From NCBI GenBank assembly GCA_964016885.1, contig OZ024742.1:356872001-356936000 (forward strand): 64,000 nucleotides of DNA. Direction: 5' to 3'. Shown in pieces: positions 37,965 through 48,719 of the stretch. Within the stretch, counting starts at the first letter, position 1. Every line of letters starts with the position of its first letter. Both the position numbers and the translations under genes were made by a program. The notes beneath the pieces are model-generated. The model made no database searches. It had not been told where the DNA came from and was given only the letters and a program-made list of their open reading frames with translations. Origin of the DNA: Eledone cirrhosa (lineage: Eukaryota).

Positions 37965-40667
37965 TTAATTGTAAGTTGTGATGTTGCTGTTCCACTCATA
38001 TTTTCTATTTAATTTTGGTTGTAATTCTTTTATGCTTACTGCCACTGTAATTTGCCTAAACATTGCATCTTTTCTGTGTGTGGATTCTATTTTTATTTCT
38101 ATGTTCTCTAATCTACCTCTGTGCTCTATCTTAGCATGTTGGTAGAGCACAGATGATTCTTTATTATCTTGAAGGTCTCGCCAGTGTTCATTTATTCGTT
38201 CCCCTATACTACGAGCTGTCTCACCTATGTACACTATATTTTTGTTTCTACATTGTCCTTCAGTACATCTTATGCTATACACTACATTTCTAGTTTTACA
38301 GTTAATATGTGGGCTTATTTTACAGGTTATACATTTCTTATCTATACATGAGGGTCTTTGGAACGGGTATGTCTTGCTAATAAGTGTTTTTACGGAGGTA
38401 CCTGGTCTTTCTACTATCTTAATATTGAGTTTATGTTTATCTAGGGCCCTTCTAAATTTGTAGGCTAGTTCGCCTCTAGGGGTTGTATTGATGAACATTA
38501 CACTCTGGTATTTATTGCTATCATACCATGAGTTTATTCTATTGGCCTTGTTCCTAGTTCTTTCTATTCTATTCCAAAATTTGCTCCTATACAAGGGGCA
38601 GGTCGCATTTATATCATTATTTACCATTTTTTCCCATTTGGTTCTGGCTCCTCTATACACTCTGATTCTATCTCTCTGATTGTAGCCAGAGAACTGCATA
38701 CGGTGGATGAAGTTTTGTATGTGTCTCTCTAGTTCTTCGCGGTTGCACATGCGGGACACATTTCTCATCACCCGTACCAAATCCGCAATCAGTATGTTGA
38801 TTTTGGTATGGTCCGAAATGGCCGAGTTTCGGTGGATCAGATGTTTGGAAGTCATGGGTTTGGCATAATGGGAATGGAGGATTTGTTTTTGGTTGTTAAT
38901 GGTATCTAACCAGAGCTCTGTGTCTAGTACAGGTAATCGATGGTTGGGGTGTCTACTTGGGTAGTCTATAGTAACTCTAATGCTCTGGTGGATGGAGTTT
39001 GCTATTTGCTGGATGCTTTCCATTGTGTTTTTCTCTAGTTCCTGACTGTTCTTTAGTGGGGGTGTCTTAACTACGATGTTTATATCATCTACGTAGGGGG
39101 AGTACATTATCAGGGTTAAGCTGTCTTCTAATTGTTCTTTAAGTTTTTGTTTAAGTCTACTGTCCCACCATACCATGAATAAGTTAGCTATGTCGCCTGC
39201 AATGCTAACACCAATGGCTGCTCCTTCCTCTTGGGCATATGTTTTACCATTAAATTTGAACATATGTTCCTTAAGGGTTAATTTTATGCTGGCCCCTACC
39301 GCATGTGCAATCATTTTCTTCAGTTCATCGTGGTTTTCGGGTGTCCGTATGGCTCTGGTCCACCCGTTCCATCTATCTGTGTGGGTTTTCTTGGCCATTG
39401 AGGTAATGGTAGGTGGTCTGCCTCTTGCTGGTCTTGTAGGGCACAGGTTGCTAAGGTCATAAGTGTCTAGGTAACTATTACTATGGGTAAGCTTAAGTAG
39501 AAGTCCCAGCTCACTGGTATCAATCCCACGGAACTCAACCTTGCTCTCGCTGATCATTTCTACGCATTTCTCCACAGCAAAATCCACGTCAATAGATGGA
39601 TACAGGGACACAACATCCATACTGCCTATTATGCAGTTTGTTAGGTCCCCAGATCGGTTACTCGCGCCGATTCTGCTGAGGAGGTCCTCCGTGCTGTCAC
39701 ATACATCTGGGGACATTTCAATGATGGGGCGTATGATCAGGGAGAGGAAGTAGGACAGTCTGTAGTTACTAGCAATGTTAGCTCCACAGACTGGCCGTGT
39801 TGGTGGTCCCGCGACAGGGTCACAGCCCGTTTTATGGTCTTTTCGAAGCCCATACAACGCCGGCACGTCATTGTTCCAGGCCTGGAAGTTGTTGGCAGTC
39901 CTTTTGTTGGGCTGCATTATATTCGTCCACATCACCATATGGGCATTGAGGGCTTTTTCTCTATCCTCATGCTCCTGTGGTGTTACCTCTCTTGTGTTAG
40001 TGATGTGGGGTTGCATTGCCTGGATGTAGTTTGGCAGGCTGTCAACCGACATTCTGCCAGACTTGTCTGTTGGAAAGCATGCTATCTCTCCATTACGCGA
40101 GCGCTGCATGAGCTTACGCAAGCCACTTGCAGATTTTTCTCCCAGTTGCTGGGCCTCTATTCTATTATGCTTCTTGCTATACTGTTCTATAATATTTCTA
40201 AGTTCGGATTTAGCTATACTAAATTGTGCTTCTGTTTGTTCATCGACCTGCGACGGCAACTGCGTGCGTTTGTTAAATGGTAAAGTCGTGGCGTGGACTC
40301 GTCGCAGGTCGAATGATTTATCGGAGGGATTATAAAACGGAGAGTTCCAGGCTGCTGCTTTATGTGTACTAGTGCTATTGTTATTGTTAGTTGTGTTGTT
40401 TCTATTTCTATTTCCACCAACAGCCTCATAGTTGTTTCTATGTCTCTCATAATTACTCCTGTCTCTTTCCACTGGCTCAATGTTGTTATCTACCCTATTT
40501 TGTGTGTCTGTGTGTTCGTCTTGGTTATTCTCTTTGTCCTTAGTCTCCCATCTCCTTTTCCTTTTAATCCTATTACTTTCCCTTATTTCTCTGATTTCTG
40601 TGCTACTGTCATTACTTGTTTTCTGTGTCTGTGTGTTTGTTAAGATTGTGGTGGTGGTGAGAGGCAT
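37965..40667 (-). CDS. Penelope-like reverse transcriptase / GIY-YIG endonuclease (900 aa open segment)
   Basis: TDKSGR, LYGLRKDHK, PTRPV, SMDVVSLYPSI, GAAIGVSIAGDIANLFM, YVDD, LPVLD, Cys linker CIDKKCITC..C, NVVYSIRC...YIGETARS...RINEH. Confidence 0.92.
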   Translation of the reverse strand: MPLTTTTILTNTQTQKTSNDSSTEIREIRESNRIKRKRRWETKDKENNQDEHTDTQNRVDNNIEPVERDRSNYERHRNNYEAVGGNRNRNNTTNNNNSTSTHKAAAWNSPFYNPSDKSFDLRRVHATTLPFNKRTQLPSQVDEQTEAQFSIAKSELRNIIEQYSKKHNRIEAQQLGEKSASGLRKLMQRSRNGEIACFPTDKSGRMSVDSLPNYIQAMQPHITNTREVTPQEHEDREKALNAHMVMWTNIMQPNKRTANNFQAWNNDVPALYGLRKDHKTGCDPVAGPPTRPVCGANIASNYRLSYFLSLIIRPIIEMSPDVCDSTEDLLSRIGASNRSGDLTNCIIGSMDVVSLYPSIDVDFAVEKCVEMISESKVEFRGIDTSELGLLLKLTHSNSYLDTYDLSNLCPTRPARGRPPTITSMAKKTHTDRWNGWTRAIRTPENHDELKKMIAHAVGASIKLTLKEHMFKFNGKTYAQEEGAAIGVSIAGDIANLFMVWWDSRLKQKLKEQLEDSLTLIMYSPYVDDINIVVKTPPLKNSQELEKNTMESIQQIANSIHQSIRVTIDYPSRHPNHRLPVLDTELWLDTINNQKQILHSHYAKPMTSKHLIHRNSAISDHTKINILIADLVRVMRNVSRMCNREELERHIQNFIHRMQFSGYNQRDRIRVYRGARTKWEKMVNNDINATCPLYRSKFWNRIERTRNKANRINSWYDSNKYQSVMFINTTPRGELAYKFRRALDKHKLNIKIVERPGTSVKTLISKTYPFQRPSCIDKKCITCKISPHINCKTRNVVYSIRCTEGQCRNKNIVYIGETARSIGERINEHWRDLQDNKESSVLYQHAKIEHRGRLENIEIKIESTHRKDAMFRQITVAVSIKELQPKLNRKYEWNSNITTYN

Positions 40668-40919
40668 TGAATGCGTGTGTGTTGTTGTTGTTGATGTGTG
40701 CTGTTGTTGATGTGTGTTGTTGTTGTCTCCATGTGTGTTATCGTTGTTGTGTGTGTTGTTATTGTTGTTTGTGTCTGCGTGTCTGTTGTTGTTGTATCTG
40801 GGTATGTTGCTATTGTTGTTGTTGTTGATGTGTGTGTTGTTGTTATTGTTGTTTGTGTCTGTTGGGATGTGTGTTGTATATGTGTGTGCGTATATTGTTG
40901 CTTTTGTTTTTGATGCTCC

Positions 40920-41855
40920 AGCGTAGTTTTGTAAATGATTTTTCTATTTCTGACAGACAACTAATCATATTTACCTTCTTGAATGTCGTAAATTTGGGCG
41001 GCAGACATAACACAGACATTTCATCATTATCTGTGGATTGGCAGTATCAGTGGAGGGTCGGACGCCATGCTTTGCAGCACAGTTACGTCCCTTTACGTAC
41101 TGAGTTCAAAACCCGCCGAGGTTAACTTTGCCTTTCATCCTTAAGGGGTCGATAAAATAAAGTACCAGTAATACACTGGGATAATTGCTGGCCTTGTGCC
41201 AAAAGTAGAAACAATTATCTATTTCTGTGTTCCCATAAATGTTGGTATTTTTGTTATTGAACTCTTCTGATAATGAGGTGTCGGCCATGTTGATACCGTC
41301 AATTTTGTCGGGATATCTATTGGTATACTCTATAGTATCCTGATTTAGCTTTGCCTGTTTAAGCCACTTTAGTTTCCTGTTAAAGTGCTTATCACATTCT
41401 TGAGTAATGTACTGTTCTTCGGGGCATATAAGGCTTATAAATATTAGTTTTTCTGTTGGTGTGGTGATTTTAGTTATTTCTTGTATTAGGTTACGCTTTT
41501 GTTTTTCTTGATGACTTAATTCTCTATAGATCTTCTTTTTTATGTTTAGAATTAAAGTTCGTTTTAGCCTATCTGCTTGTTTTTTGGTGAGTTGTAATCT
41601 TCTAACGTCGGTATTGATGGTGTTGGTGTAGATTCTGGAAGTGGCGCACAGCTTTATGAAGTGTAGTTGTCGAGATGTTATGGTTTTTCGTAGACAACAG
41701 AACATGGTGGTTTTCAGTATCTTGTTAGCCTGGCTAAGGCTTACGATATTTCGTTTCTGAATTGGTTTAGCAAGATTCTTTATCTGAAATCGTGTGTTGA
41801 AACCGATATTGTTATACTTTGGGAGGGTCATGTTGCCAATAAGAAACACACGCAC
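40920..41855 (-). pseudogene. N-terminal part of the Penelope ORF, interrupted by a SINE
   Basis: ORF 41106-41855 up to GNTEIDN, continuing after the SINE as DEMSVLCLPPKFTTFKKVNMISCLSEIEKSFTKLRW. Confidence 0.75.
41033..41213 (+). mobile_element. Nin/Deu-type SINE inserted in the Penelope ORF
   Basis: Full SINE body flanked by 7-bp TSD ATTATCT (41026-41032, 41214-41220). Excision restores ...GNTEIDNDEMSVLCLPPKF...KLRW. Confidence 0.92.
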
Positions 41856-44145
41856 CAGTTGCTTTCACTTCAATTTATTATATATTTATAAATTTATAAA
41901 TTTACAAATCTACAAACTTATAAATTTCTGGTTGGTTGGTTGGTTCCACAACCAGATAGTTGTTTATATATAGTCATAGTCCTTTCCTCACACACTCTGT
42001 GACCTCTTCAGTGACTGCGGATTCCTTTATTTGTTTCTGTGCCTTTCCTTTCTTCTATCCTACGCCATTTTGTTTCTGTGTGTGTGTTGTGTGCTCAGTT
42101 TGCGCATGCGCCACATCCGGGTGTCTGTGTGTGTTTGTGTTCATTTATCTATTTGTTTATTTATTTATTTATTTATTGTTGGTTGGTTGTTTGTTCTATG
42201 TGTGTGTGTGTGTTTTCATTTTGTCCTGTGTGTGTTTTCATTTTGTCCTGTGTGTGTTTTCATTTTGTCCTTAATTGTAAGTTGTGATGTTGCTGTTCCA
42301 CTCATATTTTCTATTTAATTTTGGTTGTAATTCTTTTATGCTTACTGCCTCGGTAATTTACCTAAACATTGCATCTTTTCTGTGTGTGGATTCTATTTTT
42401 ATTTCTATGTTCTCTAATCTACCTCTGTGCTCTATCTTAGCATGTTGGTAGAGCACAGATGATTCTTTATTATCTTGAAGGTCTCGCCAGTGTTCATTTA
42501 TTCGTTCCCCTATACTACGAGCTGTCTCACCTATGTACACTATATTTTTGTTTCTACATTGTCCTCCAGTACATCTTATGCTATACACTACATTTCTAGT
42601 TTTACAGTTAATATGGGGGCTTATTTTACAGGTTATATATTTCTTATCTATACATGAGGGTCTTTGGAACGGGTATGTCTTGCTAATAAGTGTTTTTACA
42701 GAGGTACCTGGTCTTTCTACTATCTTAATATTGAGTTTATGTTTATTTAGGGCCCTTCTAAATTTGTAGGCTAGTTCGCCTCTAGGGGTTGTATTGATGA
42801 ACATTACACTCTGGTATTTATTGCTATCATACCATGAGTTTATTCTATTGGCCTTGTTCCTAGTTCTTTCTATTCTATTCCAAAATGTGCTCCTATACAA
42901 GGGGCAGGTCCCATTTATGTCATTATTTACCATTTTTCCCATTTGGTTCTGGCTCCTCTATACACTCTGATTCTATCTCTCTGATTGTAGCCAGAGAACT
43001 GCATACGGTGGATGAAGTTTTGTATGTGTCTCTCTAGTTCTTCGCGGTTGCACATGCGGGACACATTTCTCATCACCCGTACCAAATCCGCAATCAGTAT
43101 GTTGATTTTGGTATGGTCCGAAATGGCCGAGTTTCGGTGGATCAGATGTTTGGAAGTCATGGGTTTGGCATAATGGGAATGGAGGATTTGTTTTTGGTTG
43201 TTAATGGTATCTAACCAGAGCTCTGTGTCTAGTACAGGTAATCGATGGTTGGGGTGTCTACTTGGGTAGTCTATAGTAACTCTAATGCTCTGGTGGATGG
43301 AGTTTGCTATTTGCTGGATGCTTTCCATTGTGTTTTTCTCTAGTTCCTGACTGTTCTTTAGTGGGGTGTCTTAACTACGATGTTTATATCATCTACGTGG
43401 CGGGAGTACATTATCAGGGTTAAGCTGTCTTCTAATTGTTCTTTAAGTTTTTGTTTAAGTCTACTGTCCCACCATACCATGAATAAGTTAGCTATGTCGC
43501 CTGCAATGCTAACACCAATGGCTGCTCCTTCCTCTTGGGCATATGTTTTACCATTAAATTTGAACATATGTTCCTTAAGGGTTAATTTTATGCTGGCCCC
43601 TACCGCATGTGAAATCATTTTCTTCAGTTCATCGTGGTTTTCGGGTGTCCGTATGGCTCTGGTCCACCCGTTCCATCTATCTGTGTGGGTTTTCTTGGCC
43701 ATTGAGGTAATGGTAGGTGGTCTGCCTCTTGCTGGTCTTGTAGGGCACAGGTTGCTAAGGTCATAAGTGTCTAGGTAACTATTACTATGGGTAAGCTTAA
43801 GTAGAAGTCCTAGCTCACTGGTATAAATCCCACGGAACTCAACCTTGATCTCGCTGATCATTTCTACGCATTTCTCCACAGCAAAATCCACGTCAATAGA
43901 TGGATACAGGGACACAACATCCATACTGCCTATTATGCAGTTTGTTAGGTCCCCAGATCGGTTACTCGCGCCGATTCTGCTGAGGAGGTCCTCCGTGCTG
44001 TCACATACATCTGGGGACATCTCAATGATGGGGCGTATGATCAGGGAGAGGAAGTAGGACAGTCTGTAGTTACTAGCAATGTTAGCTCCACAGACTGGCC
44101 GTGTTGGTGGTCCCGCGACAGGGTCACAGCCCGTTTTATGGTCTT
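41747..44145 (-). mobile_element. 5'-truncated tandem Penelope copy (frameshifted RT-GIY-YIG + pLTR)
   Basis: Near-identical to 37466-39841. ORF pieces 43358-44145, 42927-43328 and 42358-42942. Confidence 0.95.
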
Positions 44146-44199
44146 CCACCTTGCAAGCAGGGAAAAAGCGGACGTAAAATGAAATGATGAAAATGATGA

Positions 44200-44202
<3 letters not shown>
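44146..44202 (+). mobile_element. RTE/SINE extreme 3' tail
   Basis: ccaccttgcaagcagggaaaaagcggacgtaaaatgaaatgatg matches 52327-52372. Confidence 0.8.
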
Positions 44203-44251
<49 letters not shown>

Positions 44252-44353
44252 ATGTATATAAATATATATATTTCTATATATATCATAAAGGTTTAGCAAA
44301 TCAGAAAAAGTTTCAAAATAAATTTCAAAAAATTCACTGTACTTACTATGTTT

Positions 44354-44440
44354 ACCTTTACCGAATCGGTTTCGAGTCTCAAAAATAAATGGATAGTCCT
44401 TGCGGGCTTCCATTGAAAAGATAAACTCTCGTCAGAAGGT
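44354..44440 (-). ncRNA. Well-formed type I hammerhead ribozyme motif
   Basis: ACCUU-CUGACGA-GAGU(long loop)ACUC-GAAA-CCG auu CGG-UA-AAGGU: intact core, GUA cleavage triplet and all three stems. Confidence 0.75.
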
Positions 44441-44573
44441 TCTTTTCACTCGGAGAATATAAAATTGCTGAGTTCAAATTACGAACTGGCGCTATTCAAA
44501 ATTGTTCCCGAGATGAGAATGAATGATGTGGAAGCAATTCTGTCCAGTGCCACGTGTAAAGATAGAAGTAGAG

Positions 44574-44592
44574 GTATATATATATATATACA

Positions 44593-44631
<39 letters not shown>

Positions 44632-44725
44632 ATGCATATAAATATATATATATATGTGTATACATATATGTATATATATATGTGTATACATATATGTGTA
44701 TACACATATATATATATATATGAGC

Positions 44726-44773
<48 letters not shown>

Positions 44774-44881
44774 ATACATATATGTATATATATATATATA
44801 TGTGTGTGTATACATATATGTATATATATATATATGTGTATACATATATGTGTATACATATATGTATATATATATATGTGT

Positions 44882-44923
<42 letters not shown>

Positions 44924-45029
44924 ATATATATATGTGTATACATATATGTATATATATGTGTGTATACATATATGTATATATATATATGTGTATACATATA
45001 TGTATATATATATATGTTTATACATATAT

Positions 45030-45063
<34 letters not shown>

Positions 45064-45080
45064 ATACATGTATGTATATA
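44574..45080. repeat. (TA)n/(TATG)n microsatellite
   Basis: Simple repeat. Confidence 0.97.
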
Positions 45081-46107
45081 TCATCATCATCATCATCATC
45101 GTTTAACGTCCATGTTCCACGCTTGCATGGGTTTGGACGGGAGTTTTCTTACTTGAGGCAAGAGTGTTTGTCTTGCTCGCATAGGACTGACTGGCGGGTT
45201 TTCTACAGCTGGATGCCCTTCCTAACACCAACCACATTTACAGTGTGGGGCTGGGAGGTTTTTACCGTGTTACCTACACGGCCACATTACAGAGTGGACT
45301 GTGTGTTTTTTTGACGTGACACCTACACGACCTCATTTGTTTCGGCCTGGATGTTGTGGCACCAACTTAACTTTACATTGAAAGGGGCGGTGTGGATGGG
45401 GTGGGGGTGGTGGGACGGGGGTGTATTTTGTTAGAGATGCCTACTGACTGTAGTAGGTTTTACTTTGTTAGGCGGGTCTTCTCTATTACTGAGTACCGCC
45501 AAAGATCTCGGTCCAGTGACATTGTCTTGGAGAAGTGTAAGTGTGTGAGGTCGGAATTTATCAGGTCGTCCCAGGTTTTTCCTGCTCTGCCTACTCCGTG
45601 GCTACCGTCTATCTTTATTGCCCTGGACTTTTTTATACAGCTGTCGTCTTTCATGCGCATCACATGACCATACCAACATAGCCTTCTCTCGAGTAAACAA
45701 CATCTGATCCCTCTTATTTCTAATGTTTCCCTTAGTTCGTTTATGCTTTGCCGTTCACGTATATTACTATTACACATCCAGCGGAGCATGCAAGCTTCAT
45801 TCCTCTCTAGTCTGCGTATATCCTTTGCACACAATGCCCAGGTCTCACTGCCATGCAACATTGCTGTTCGTATGCAAGCATCATACAACCTGCCTTTCAT
45901 TTTTAGGGAGAACCCTTTAGCGGCTAATAGTGGTATAAGCTCTCTGAACTTTTTCCATCCAGTTCTGACTCTAACTACTGTACTTTCAGAGCACCCTCCC
46001 CCACTGCTGATTTTGTCACCCAGGTAACGGAAGCTGTCCACTATTTCTATAGAACCCTCTGCGCAATTGAAAGAGCTAGTATTTTCTGAGCACTTGCTGC
46101 TACTTAT
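45081..46107 (-). mobile_element. 5'-truncated RTE copy
   Basis: ORF 45460-46107 nearly identical to 23237-23880; 3' UTR and (GAT)n tail. Confidence 0.95.
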
Positions 46108-46108
46108 A

Positions 46109-46189
<81 letters not shown>

Positions 46190-46322
46190 GTATACATATA
46201 TGTTTATATATATATATATATGTGTGTGTATACATATATGTATATTTATATAGATATATGTGTATACATATATGTATATATATATATATATATATTTGTG
46301 TATGCATATACATATATATATA

Positions 46323-47150
46323 TATATGGAAAAGAATGAAACAAAATTTCATTTCTCACTCTTAGTACGGCTGATACCTAAATATAAGTATGTATACGTA
46401 CATACATATATGTGTACAGACGCACAGTAGTATGGATATATATACATACATGTACACACATATATATATGTACGTATGGGTTAACCGAACATTTATTGAC
46501 ACAGGAACGATGTACTAGTTTCAAGCTTATTAGCTAACGTCAGCATCATATACCTTTCTGTCAGATGTTTGAACATCTGAAAATATATACTTTCCTTATG
46601 CATATTAACGGCTGAGCAGCCTAATTTGCATATCGAGTGAGTTACTTAGCTATAAGTATGTATACGTAGATACTTGTATGTATACAGATGTACAGTAGTA
46701 TGTATATATATACATACATGCACACATATATATGTTGTTTTCGGTATACAGGGCCGATATGCAAATTAGGCTGTTCAGCCGTTAATATGCATAAGGAAAG
46801 TATATACTTTCAGACGTTCAACCATCTGACAGAAAGGTATACCATGCTGACGATAGCTAATAAGCTTGAAGCTAGTACATCGTTCCTGTGTCAGTGTTGA
46901 ACAAAAGGGCGACGATGGTTGCCGAGCACTGCACGGCATAATTCTGGCTGTTTGTTTACAAATAAACCGAGCATTATAATAAATGTTCAGTAAACCCATA
47001 CGTACGTATATATATGTGTGCATGTATTTATATATATACATACTACTGTGCGTCTGTACACATATATGTATGTACGTATACATACTTATATTTAGGTATC
47101 AGCCGTACTAAGAGTGGGAAATGAAATTTCCTTTCATTCTTTTCCATATA
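46323..47150. mobile_element. Complex foldback element with two inverted hammerhead motifs (Penelope-type pLTRs of another family)
   Basis: Outer arms ~46323-46493/46980-47150 and inner arms ~46495-46635/46755-46895. Motifs at 46509-46547 (-) and 46844-46881 (+). Confidence 0.75.
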
Positions 47151-47176
47151 TATATATATATATATATGCATACACA

Positions 47177-48573
47177 GCACGGCCTAGAATCAAAAGGCCT
47201 TAAAATTAACCTGGCTAAGACTAAAGTTCTAGTTTGTAGGAAAGAAAATAAGGCGGCGGTCCCATCTGGGAAATGGCCATGCTCAGTGTGTAGGAAAGGC
47301 GTAGGTAGAAACTCCAATTTATGTCCCAAATGCAAAGTATGGGTGCATAAAAGATGTAGTGGGATCACAGGTAAGCTAACTAAGAACATAGATTTTACAT
47401 GTGGCCGGTGCTCTGGGGCAATAAGTAGCAGCAAGTGCCCACAAAATACTAGCTCTTTCAACTGCGCAGAGGGTTCTATAGAAATAGTGGACAGCTTCCG
47501 TTATCTGGGTGACAAAATCAGCAGTGGGGGAGGGTGCTCTGAAAGTACAGTAGCTAGAGTCAGAACTGGATGGAAAAAGTTCAGAGAGCTTATACCACTA
47601 TTAGCCGCTAGAGGGTTCTCCCTAAAAATGAAAGGCAGGTTATACGATGCCTGCATACGAACAGCAATGCTGCATGGCAGTGAGACCTGGGCATTGTGTG
47701 CAGAGGATATATGCAGACTAGAGAGGAACGAAGCTTGCATGCTCCGCTGGATGTGCAATAGTAATATACGTGAACGGCAAAGCATAAACGAACTAAGGAA
47801 AAAATTAGAAATAAGAGGGATCAGATGTTGTTTACTCGAGAGAAGGCTACGTTGGTACGGTCACGTGATGCGCATGAAAGACGACAGCTGTATAACAAAG
47901 TGCAGGGCAATAAAGATAGACGGTAGCCACGGAGTAGGCAGACCCAGAAAAACATGGGACGAGCTGATAAATTCCGACCTCACACGCTTACACCTCTCCA
48001 AGACAATGTCACTGGACCGAGACCTTTGGCGGTACTCAGTAATAGAGAAGACCCGCCTTACCTAAATACAAAGTAAAAACCTACTACAGTCAGTAGGCAT
48101 CTCTATCAAAACACACCCCGTCCCACCACCTCCACCCCACCCACACTGCCCCTTTCAATGTAAAGTTATGTTGGTCCCACAACATCCAGGCCGAAACAAA
48201 TGAGATCGTGTAGGTGTCACGACAAAAAACACACAGTCCACGCTGTAAATGTGGCCGTGTAGGCAACACGGTAAAAACCTCCCAGCCCCACACTGTAAAT
48301 GTGGTTGGTGTTAGGAAGGGCATCCAGCTGTAGAAAACCCGCCAGACAGTCCACGCTGTAATGTGGCCGTGTAGGCAACACGGTAAAAACCTCCCAGCCC
48401 CACACTGTAAATGTGGTTGGTGTTAGGAAGGGCATCCAACTGTAGAAAACCCGCCAGACAGTCCTATGCGAGCAAGACAACCACTCTTGCCTCAAGTGGG
48501 AAAACCCCCGTCCAAACCCATGCAAGCGTGGAACACGGACGCTAAACCTGATGATGATGATGATGATGATGAT
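47177..48573 (+). mobile_element. 5'-truncated RTE copy (PHD-like finger to 3' end) with ~112 bp duplication in the 3' UTR
   Basis: ORF 47121-48065 is open across the region frameshifted at ~23250 in the full-length copy; duplication 48235-48460; (GAT)n tail. Confidence 0.95.
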
Positions 48574-48719
48574 CTGTATACACATATATGTATATATATA
48601 CATATATGTATACACACATATATATATATATATATAAACATATATGTATACACACATATATATATATACATATTAACGAAAACCTACTACAGGCAGTAGG
48701 CATCTCTAACAAAATACGA

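Larger units (their letters stand above)
37466..41746 (-). mobile_element. Penelope-like retroelement, near full-length copy
   Basis: RT plus C-terminal GIY-YIG ORF; 3' pLTR at 37466-~37965; 5' part continuous with the pLTR of the upstream tandem copy; ends in (TA)n. Confidence 0.95.

Noticed and set aside
37965-40667. Telomerase, or Naiad/Chlamys-type (selenoprotein) PLE
   Set aside because: GIY-YIG is C-terminal, there is no in-frame TGA, and pLTRs are present, so it is a canonical EN+ PLE.
43358-44413. 351-aa ORF as a novel fusion protein
   Set aside because: Chance read-through from a ribozyme island, microsatellite and RTE tail into a truncated Penelope RT.
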